From Candidatus Eiseniibacteriota bacterium (lineage in GTDB: Bacteria > Eisenbacteria > RBG-16-71-46): a stretch of 64,000 nucleotides of DNA. The notes beneath the pieces were generated by a model. That model saw only the letters and a program-made list of their open reading frames with translations, ran no database searches and was not told the origin of the DNA. Position 1 is the stretch's first letter, and each line of letters starts with the position of its first letter. Position numbers and translations under genes: made by a program. The stretch spans positions 2,240,001-2,304,000 of the forward strand of contig OY970178.1 of the NCBI GenBank assembly GCA_963707915.1, written 5' to 3'. Below are positions 56,971 through 64,000 of this stretch, in pieces.

Positions 56971-58659
56971 ATGGAACGCGAAGTCCTCGAGTTCGACGTG
57001 CAGTTCGTGGGCGCGGGGCCGGCCGGCCTCGCGGGCGCCATCCACCTCGCGAACCTGGTCGCGCGCCACGACGCGAACGTGGCCGCCGGCGCGCCCGGCC
57101 GGCCGCTGGGCGAGATCGCGATCGCCGTCATCGAGAAGGGCAGGCGCGTGGGCGCCCACGGCCTTTCGGGCGCGGTGCTCGATCCGCGCGCGCTGGCCGA
57201 GCTCGTCCCCGACTGGCGCGCGAAGGGTTGCCCGGTCGCCAGCGAGGTGATCGCGGACGACGTCTACTTCCTGTGGGAGACCGGCCGGTTCCGCCTGCCG
57301 GTGCTGCCGCCGATCCTGCAGAACCACGGCAACTCCATCGTCTCGCTCGGCCGCCTGGTGGAGTGGCTGGCCGGCATCGCCGAGGAGAAGGGCGTGCTGG
57401 TCGTGACCGAGACCGCCGCCTCGCAGCCGCTGGTCGAGGACGGCCGGCTCGCGGGCGTGCGCACCGGCGACAAGGGCGTGGACCGGTCGGGCGCGCCGAA
57501 GCCCAACCACCAACCCGGCTCCGAGTGCCGCGCGAAGGCGACGGTGCTGTGCGAGGGCCCGCGCGGCACGCTGGCGAAGGCGCTCGAAACCTCGCTCGGG
57601 TTGACGGTCGGGCGGAACGCCCAGGTCTACTCGACCGGCGTGAAGGAGCTCTGGGAGGTCCCCGCGGGCCACGCGCAGCCGGGACGCGTGATCCACACCA
57701 TGGGCTGGCCGCTCCCCGACGACACCTTCGGCGGCGGCTTCGTCTACGGCATGGACGATTCGCACTGGGCACTCGGGCTCGTCACCGGCCTCGACGCGCC
57801 CGACCCGGTGAACGATCCGCACGGCCACTTCCAGCGCTGGAAGACCCACCCGCTGCTGCGCCCGTTGCTCGCGGGCGGCAAGCCCGTCGCCTACGGGGCC
57901 AAGGCCATCCCCGAGGGCGGCTGGTGGGCCATGCCGAAGCTCTCGGCCGACGGCCTGCTCCTCGCCGGCGACTCCGGCGGGTTCCTCAACGGCGCGCGCC
58001 TGAAGGGCATCCACCTCGCCATCAAGTCGGGCATGCTCGCCGCCGAGACGCTGTTCGAGTGCCTCCTGGCCGGGGACTTCTCGAAGGAGCGGCTCGCCAA
58101 GTACGAGGAGCGGGTCCGGCACTCGTGGGCCGCGGACGAGCTCCGGAGCGTGCGCAACTTCCACCAGGGCTTCGCGGGCGGACTCTACGCCGGCATGGCC
58201 AGCGCGGCGATCCAGATGGCGCTGGGCGGACGCGACGCGTTCGGCGACCGGCTCGGGAACGCGCCGGGACACGAGCACATGCGCCGGCTGCGCGAGCGCC
58301 ACCCTCACGGCAAGCCCGCGCCGCAGAAGTTCGACGGCGTGCTCACCTTCGACAAGCTGGCGGACGTCTACCTCTCGGGCACGAAGCACGACGAGGACCA
58401 GCCCGTGCACCTGGTCGTGACCGACCCGGGCATCTGCGCCACGAGGTGCCGGGAGGAATTCGGCAACCCCTGCCAGCACTTCTGCCCGGCGAGCGTCTAC
58501 GAGATGGTGCCGGACGAATCGAAGCCCGACGCGCTGCGCCTGCAGATCAACGCGTCGAACTGCGTGCACTGCAAGACCTGCGACATCGCCGACCCGTACC
58601 AGGTCATCACCTGGGTCCCGCCCGAGGGGGGCGACGGCCCGGACTACAAGGACCTGTAG
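56971..58659 (+). CDS. Electron transfer flavoprotein-ubiquinone oxidoreductase
   Basis: 'VGAGPAG', 'GVKELW', 'GGGFVY', 'KGIHLA', 'FCPASVYE', 'NCVHCKTC'. Confidence 0.93.
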   Translation: MEREVLEFDVQFVGAGPAGLAGAIHLANLVARHDANVAAGAPGRPLGEIAIAVIEKGRRVGAHGLSGAVLDPRALAELVPDWRAKGCPVASEVIADDVYFLWETGRFRLPVLPPILQNHGNSIVSLGRLVEWLAGIAEEKGVLVVTETAASQPLVEDGRLAGVRTGDKGVDRSGAPKPNHQPGSECRAKATVLCEGPRGTLAKALETSLGLTVGRNAQVYSTGVKELWEVPAGHAQPGRVIHTMGWPLPDDTFGGGFVYGMDDSHWALGLVTGLDAPDPVNDPHGHFQRWKTHPLLRPLLAGGKPVAYGAKAIPEGGWWAMPKLSADGLLLAGDSGGFLNGARLKGIHLAIKSGMLAAETLFECLLAGDFSKERLAKYEERVRHSWAADELRSVRNFHQGFAGGLYAGMASAAIQMALGGRDAFGDRLGNAPGHEHMRRLRERHPHGKPAPQKFDGVLTFDKLADVYLSGTKHDEDQPVHLVVTDPGICATRCREEFGNPCQHFCPASVYEMVPDESKPDALRLQINASNCVHCKTCDIADPYQVITWVPPEGGDGPDYKDL

Positions 58660-58672
58660 CCGGGCGGGAGGC

Positions 58673-60649
58673 TTACGCCGCGGCCCGGCCCGCCGCCCCG
58701 CCGTCGAGCAGCTCGTGGATCCGCTCGAGCAGCTCGCCCGGGGAGAACGGCTTCTGGAGGAGCGTGACGCCCTCGTCCAGGCGGCCGTTGTGGAAGATCC
58801 CGGTTTCGGAGTAGCCGGACATGAAGATGACCCGCAGTCCCGGCCGCAGCCGCGCGAGCCCCAGCGCGACCTCCTTGCCGTTCATCCCCGGCATGACCAT
58901 GTCCGTGAGCGCCAGGTGGAGCTCGCCGTCGTGCCCCCCCGCGACCTGGAGCGCCGTCGCGCCGTCGCGGGCGGGCAGGACGCGATAGCCGCCCTCGCGG
59001 AGGGTCTCGGAGACCAGCTCGAGGAGCAGCGGCTCGTCCTCGACCACGAGGATCGTCTCGCCCTGGCCCTGCAGTCTCCGCGCCGACCCGGCCGGAGCGA
59101 CCGGGGCTGCCAGCGGAGCATCCACGATCGGCAGATAGACCTTGAACGTGGTCCCCACTCCGACCTCGCTGTATGCCGTGATGTGGCCTTCGCTCTGCCG
59201 GACGATGCCGTAGACCATCGAGAGCCCGAGACCGGTGCCCTGGCCCATCGGCTTGGTGGTGAAGAACGGCTCGAACACGTCCGCCAGCACTTCGCGGGTC
59301 ATCCCGCAGCCGGTGTCGGTCATGGCGAGCATGACGTACTCTCCCGGGGGGACGTCGTCGCCGCCCAGCAGGGGCCCCGGCTCCCGCCGGACGTTGGCCG
59401 CCTCGAGCAGGAGCCGTCCGCCCCGCGGCATGGCGTCGCGGGCGTTGACGGCCAGGTTCATCATCACCTGCTCGAGCTGCCCGGGGTCGATCTTCACGCG
59501 GCCCAGGCCCTCCGGCATGCGGATCACCAGCTCGATGTCCTCGCCGATCAGGCGTGCGAGCATGCTCCCCAGGTCCTCGACGACGGTGCGGACATCGAGC
59601 ACCTTGGGCGCCAGCATCTGCTTGCGGCTGAACGCCAGGAGCTGGCGCGTGAGCCCCGCCGCACGTTCGGCGGCCTTGAGGATCTCGTCGAGGCCGCGGC
59701 GGTGCGGCGAATCCTCCCCGATGCGCCGCACCAGCAGGTCGCCGCGGCCCTTGATGACGGTCAGCAGGTTGTTGAAGTCGTGGGCGACCCCGCCCGCCAG
59801 CCGGCCGATGGCCTCCATCTTCTGGGCCTGGCGGAGCTGCTCCTCGCTGCGAAGCAGGGCCTCCTCCGCGCGGCGGCGCTCGGCCACCTCGGCCTCGAGC
59901 TGGGCGACCTTGGCCTCCAGCTCGATCCGGATCCCGTGCAGGGCCTTGTCCCGGTTCTCGATCTGGGCCAGCATGTTGTTGAAGGCCCGGGCCATGTACG
60001 CCACCTCGTCCCCGCCCGTCTCGGTCACCCGGACCGAGAAGTCCTGTCGCTCGGCGACGAGCCGCGCCGCCCGGGCCAGCCGGAGGATCGGCAGCGCGAC
60101 CAGCGGCTGGATCGCGATGGACAGGAAGAAGGCCGCCGCGCAGGCCAGCAGCAGCACCAGCAGCACGGTGAGGCCGTAGCGGACCAGGCGCAGGCGCAGC
60201 TCCTGCAGGTCCGAGACCACGACCAGCCGGCCGATCGCCGCTCCGTCCACGAGCAACGTGCGCCCGACGACCAGGTGGCCGGCGCTGAACTGGTGCCCGT
60301 CGCGCGTGAGGTCCGGAGACCGGGTCCACGCGCCGTGCCGGGGCGATGCGAACCGGGCGAAGAGCCGGCCGGAGGGCCGGTAGAGGAGCGCGCGCTCGAC
60401 CGACGACTTGGCGGCCAGGGTCGCGAGCACGTCCCCCGCCGATGGCGCGTCGTTGAAGAGCAGCGGGGCCGAGCAGTTGTCCCCGATCACGGCCGAGAGC
60501 GTCTCGACGTCGCTCACCATCCGCGACCGGAACGTGTAGACGTCGTACGCGAGGAATGCCGCGCTCGCGAGCAGCAGCGCGGCCACGCTGGTGAGCATGT
60601 TGACCAGGGTGATCTTGCCGCGCAGGGAGAGCCGCTGGTGGAGCTTCAT
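58673..60649 (-). CDS. Hybrid histidine kinase (CHASE8-like periplasmic domain, HAMP, HisKA, HATPase, REC)
   Basis: 'APLLFND', HAMP, 'AHDFNNLL', 'NARDAM', 'ETILVVEDE', 'MSGY', 'KPF'. Confidence 0.92.
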   Translation of the reverse strand: MKLHQRLSLRGKITLVNMLTSVAALLLASAAFLAYDVYTFRSRMVSDVETLSAVIGDNCSAPLLFNDAPSAGDVLATLAAKSSVERALLYRPSGRLFARFASPRHGAWTRSPDLTRDGHQFSAGHLVVGRTLLVDGAAIGRLVVVSDLQELRLRLVRYGLTVLLVLLLACAAAFFLSIAIQPLVALPILRLARAARLVAERQDFSVRVTETGGDEVAYMARAFNNMLAQIENRDKALHGIRIELEAKVAQLEAEVAERRRAEEALLRSEEQLRQAQKMEAIGRLAGGVAHDFNNLLTVIKGRGDLLVRRIGEDSPHRRGLDEILKAAERAAGLTRQLLAFSRKQMLAPKVLDVRTVVEDLGSMLARLIGEDIELVIRMPEGLGRVKIDPGQLEQVMMNLAVNARDAMPRGGRLLLEAANVRREPGPLLGGDDVPPGEYVMLAMTDTGCGMTREVLADVFEPFFTTKPMGQGTGLGLSMVYGIVRQSEGHITAYSEVGVGTTFKVYLPIVDAPLAAPVAPAGSARRLQGQGETILVVEDEPLLLELVSETLREGGYRVLPARDGATALQVAGGHDGELHLALTDMVMPGMNGKEVALGLARLRPGLRVIFMSGYSETGIFHNGRLDEGVTLLQKPFSPGELLERIHELLDGGAAGRAAA

Positions 60650-61245
60650 CGCGCCCCCCCGGCCTGCTTCCGTCCCAGGACCAGGTCCGCGACCCGCAGC
60701 AGGCCCGAGCTCAACTGGAGGCGCGCGGAATCGGCGGCCGCCACGTTGACGTCGAAGCGCACGCGGTCGCCGACCGTCTTGAGGCGGATGATGCCGCCGG
60801 CGGCGGCGAAGTCGTCCTGCTCGCCCACCGTCAGCACCGGTTTCGAGCGGAGCCTGCGCAGTTCCCCGGCGAGGGACCGCTTCCCGGTGGCGCCGACGAA
60901 CAGGACGTCGCAACGCGAGGCGTCGTCGAAGGTGGAGAGGCGCCGCAGGACGATCGGCCGGCCGGCCGGGACCCGCCCGGCGAACAGCCGGTCGATCGCG
61001 TCTCCGAACGGATCCGCGCCCACGATGCCGACCACGATCGTGTCGCGGGCCGCGTCCGCCTCGGGCCAGGTGACGAAGTGGATGAAGTTGTAGAGGAACG
61101 CCGCCTTCACCTCGTACTCGTCGCGCGGACGCGCGGCACGAGCCGCCGGGACGGCGGCGCAGGCGGAGAGGAACCCGAGCCCGAGCAGGAACCACGATCC
61201 CACCCGCGAAGACCGCCGGCGGGAACGGCCCGTCGCGACGCTCAT
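60646..61245 (-). CDS. yfiR: YfiR (DUF4154) family protein
   Basis: 'EYEVKAAFLYNF..FVTWP', 'VLTVGE', 'RFDVN', 'LSSGLL'. Confidence 0.88.
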   Translation of the reverse strand: MSVATGRSRRRSSRVGSWFLLGLGFLSACAAVPAARAARPRDEYEVKAAFLYNFIHFVTWPEADAARDTIVVGIVGADPFGDAIDRLFAGRVPAGRPIVLRRLSTFDDASRCDVLFVGATGKRSLAGELRRLRSKPVLTVGEQDDFAAAGGIIRLKTVGDRVRFDVNVAAADSARLQLSSGLLRVADLVLGRKQAGGAR

Positions 61246-63392
61246 GGCCAGGGGGACGACTGGAAGCCCACGACGAGGTTGAGGCCGGGCCCGTCGATCC
61301 CCGATCCGTGGAGGCGGTACGTCTCGTCCGTGAGGTTCTCGAGCGCGAGCGTGAACGTGCCGACCCGGTCCAGCTCGAACCCGCCGCTCAGGTGGAAGAT
61401 CGCGAACCCGGGAGTGCCCCCGACGGGGATGCGCGGATCGGTCCGGTCGCCCGGTGCGAGCCGGTCCTGGCGACCCGCGAATACGGCGCGGAGGTCGAGC
61501 CACAGGTCCGGGCTCACCTGCCAGCGGGAACCGACGACCCCCTTGAGCGGCGGGACGCGACGCAGGGGCTGACCGGCGACGCGGTCGTCACCGCGGGTCC
61601 AGGCGAGGTTCCCGTAGAGGTCGACCGCTTCCCGGACCGGCGCCTGCGCCTCCAGGGTCGTGCCCACGACGCGCGCCCGGCCGGTGTTCAGCCGCTGGTA
61701 CACGTCCGGCTCCCCGGCGTCCTTGACCCGGTTGTCGTTGACATCGAGGAAGGAGAGTCCCCCGTAGGTCCCCCGCTGGCGCTGGATGATGTCCCTCAGG
61801 TCGCTGAGGAAGCCGAAGACCGTGGCGTAGGACCGGCCGCGCTGCACCTTGACGCCCAGTTCGTAGTCCAGGCTCCGCTCGGGATCGAGCCCCGGATTGG
61901 GGACTTCGAACCCGCCGCCGAAACTGCCGAGCGCGCTCATGTCGTCCAGGTTCGGCGAGCGAAAGCCCTGCGCGACACCGGCGACCAGGTGGAGGTCGGG
62001 GGCCACGCGGAACAGCGAGCGCAGGCCGCCGGTGGTGGCGTGCGGCGCGTAGTGCACGCAGGTGGCGACCCCGGACGGGTCCTGGACGACGGCGTCCAGC
62101 ACGTTGCGGCTGTGCCGCAGGCTGAGGTCCACCGACCAGCGCTCGTGCACGGCGACCTCGTCCTGGAGGTAGAACGCGCAGGAGCGGTAGCGCGCCCCGT
62201 CGGCGAAGGTGCCCTGCTTCGGGGTCTCGACGCCGGTGCGGAGATCGTGGTCCACGCGCCGGCTGGTCACGCGGTCCACGTAGGACTCTCCGCCGTAGGT
62301 CAGCTTCTGCCGGGCGCCGAGCGCGGAACCGGCCTGGAACCGGAAACCGTTGGAGAGCACCTCGTCGTGGTAGCGCCGCTGGACGCCCGGGGCCGACGCC
62401 TCGACGCGCCGGACGCGTTCGTCCTGGTCGTGGAACGAGGTGCCGATCGTCACCGAACGCACGAACCGGTCCGGGGACTCGAGGTCGCAGCTCAGGTCCA
62501 CCAGCGTCCGTTCCTGCGGGTCCCACTCGTACTGCAGGTTCGCACCCGATTCGATCACGTCGGTCCGCGGCACGTCGTGCTGCGCCACGTGCTGGACCGC
62601 CAGCGTGGCGCGCGCGCCCGGCGCGACCTGGTGCTGCAACTTGAGGTCGCCGTCCAGCTCGTGGTAGCCGGTCGAGCCCTGCAGCCCGGTCCGGCGCCCG
62701 CCCCGCAGGTCCCCGAAGCTCTTCAGGCTGACGCCGCCGTTCAGTCCGAAGCGCCGGGTTCCCCCGGCGAGCTCCAGGCGGCCCGTGGCCCCGTGATCGG
62801 CCGAGGAGAGCCGGGCGCTGGTCGTGGCCTGGAGTCCCCGCGGGCCGGTCGCGAGGTCCCGGCTCTTCGTGATGATGTTGACGATGCCGCCGAGCGCGTC
62901 GCTGCCGTACAGCACCGAGCCGGTCCCGTGCACGATTTCGATCTGCTCCACCTGGTTGATGTCGACCAGGTTCAGGTACTGGTTGGGACCGAGGCGGTAG
63001 ATGGCGTTGTTGAGTCTCACGCCGTCGACCAGCAGCAGGATCTGGTTGCCGACGAGGCCGCGGATGATCGGCGAGCCGCCCCCGTAGTTGGTCTCCTGCA
63101 CGAGGACGCCCACCACTTCGTTCAGCGCCTCGGGGACCGTGCGAAAGTTGCGCCGGCGCAGCTCGGCGGCGGTGACGATGGAGACCGACCGGGGCGCGTC
63201 GATGCGGCGCTGCAGGTGGCGCGAGGCCGTGACGACCGGCGTGCGCAGCAGCTCCTCGAGGCTCGCCTGCGTGAGGTCCTCGTCATCCGGGTTCGTCGCA
63301 GCCGCGCCGGACCCCGCCACGATCAGCGCCAGGGCAACGATCGCGCAGGCCACCGGGGATACCGGTCGTCGCATGACACTCCTCTCCTGCAT
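61242..63392 (-). CDS. TonB-dependent receptor
   Basis: 'SLEELL..PVVTAS', plug 'IRG...LVDGVR', 'IEIVHG..SVLYG', 'GFRSPN', 'ENLTD'. Confidence 0.9.
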   Translation of the reverse strand: MQERSVMRRPVSPVACAIVALALIVAGSGAAATNPDDEDLTQASLEELLRTPVVTASRHLQRRIDAPRSVSIVTAAELRRRNFRTVPEALNEVVGVLVQETNYGGGSPIIRGLVGNQILLLVDGVRLNNAIYRLGPNQYLNLVDINQVEQIEIVHGTGSVLYGSDALGGIVNIITKSRDLATGPRGLQATTSARLSSADHGATGRLELAGGTRRFGLNGGVSLKSFGDLRGGRRTGLQGSTGYHELDGDLKLQHQVAPGARATLAVQHVAQHDVPRTDVIESGANLQYEWDPQERTLVDLSCDLESPDRFVRSVTIGTSFHDQDERVRRVEASAPGVQRRYHDEVLSNGFRFQAGSALGARQKLTYGGESYVDRVTSRRVDHDLRTGVETPKQGTFADGARYRSCAFYLQDEVAVHERWSVDLSLRHSRNVLDAVVQDPSGVATCVHYAPHATTGGLRSLFRVAPDLHLVAGVAQGFRSPNLDDMSALGSFGGGFEVPNPGLDPERSLDYELGVKVQRGRSYATVFGFLSDLRDIIQRQRGTYGGLSFLDVNDNRVKDAGEPDVYQRLNTGRARVVGTTLEAQAPVREAVDLYGNLAWTRGDDRVAGQPLRRVPPLKGVVGSRWQVSPDLWLDLRAVFAGRQDRLAPGDRTDPRIPVGGTPGFAIFHLSGGFELDRVGTFTLALENLTDETYRLHGSGIDGPGLNLVVGFQSSPWP

Positions 63393-63680
63393 CCCCCGTC
63401 CACGCGGATCGAGGCGCCGTGGGCTCCGGGGCCGGGCTCATCGTCCCGGTTGACGGTTCGCAGGGGTGCACGATCCGGGGGGCCGGGTGCGTGCCTCCGG
63501 TATCGGCACGCCTCCCCGTTGGCTTGAGCGGCGTTACGGGGCGCCCGGGCCTCCGGCGGCCCCGCCGGGCCGGGGCATTACCGTGCACGGGCGGCGCGCC
63601 CCGCTCCTGGTCTACAATGCCGGTGCCGGCCACCGTCGAAGCCGGCCACACGCATCGCCGCCATCCCCCGAGGACGCCTC

Positions 63681-64000
63681 ATGCGCATCCGTTCCTGGAG
63701 CCTGTTCGCCCTGGCCCTGCTCGCCGGGGCCCAACTCTCGTGCGCGACGGTCGGACCCATGCCCGCGCAGGAATCCATGCCCTCGGCGCGCGCGGGGTTG
63801 CTGCCCGAGCAGCGGATCTTCTACGACGCGCTGCAGGACTACGGCGACTGGACCCTCATCGAGCCGTTCGGCTACGTGTTCCGGCCCTACGTGAACGAGG
63901 CGGACTGGCGCCCCTACGAATACGGCTACTGGGCGCCGAGCGACGTGTACGGCTGGGTGTGGATCTCGGCGGAGCCCTTCGGGTGGGCGACCTACCACTA
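63681..64000 (+). CDS. DUF6600-like Trp-rich putative lipoprotein, 3'-truncated by the window edge
   Basis: GAGGA RBS; MRIRSWSLFALALLAGAQLSC...FYDALQDYGDW...WRPY..GYW...GWVWISAEPFGWATYH; open to the window end (not in the ORF track). Confidence 0.7.
   Translation, partial: MRIRSWSLFALALLAGAQLSCATVGPMPAQESMPSARAGLLPEQRIFYDALQDYGDWTLIEPFGYVFRPYVNEADWRPYEYGYWAPSDVYGWVWISAEPFGWATYH

Overview
A very GC-rich, gene-dense bacterial chromosomal window. A secreted protein with a FlgD/T9SS-like C-terminal domain and another with a 'TWGxVKxRY' tail suggest an FCB-related candidate phylum such as Ca. Eisenbacteria (inference). From left to right it holds: the end of a Tad pilus locus; a deoxyhypusine-synthase-like gene; ADH, glcF and ycaQ; a BNR-repeat secreted protein; HU; PAS and GAF proteins; an ABC exporter; a prolyl oligopeptidase; and alkA-ogt flanked by two alpha/beta-hydrolase paralogues. 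Next is a mutagenesis cassette (stand-alone ImuB-C-like gene, dinB, dnaE2) under a Fibrobacter-type LexA-like box, then a MacAB-TolC-type operon divergent from an OmpR/HAMP two-component system with twin operator boxes. A frameshift-rich c7-cytochrome/4Fe-4S/NrfD/haem-sensor-kinase/REC/REC-GcvH redox cassette follows. The window ends with a second MacAB-like operon, a zincin, trxB, ETF-QO and a TonB-YfiR-hybrid kinase module. The most striking unexplained feature is a 179-nt structured non-coding element, present twice in direct orientation (38247-38425 and 45026-45204). Each copy has its own sigma70-like promoter, the copies show a compensatory base change, and together they bracket the redox cassette. 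I recognised no tRNA, rRNA, CRISPR array, integrase or transposase. All family assignments come from reading motifs by eye, not from database searches.
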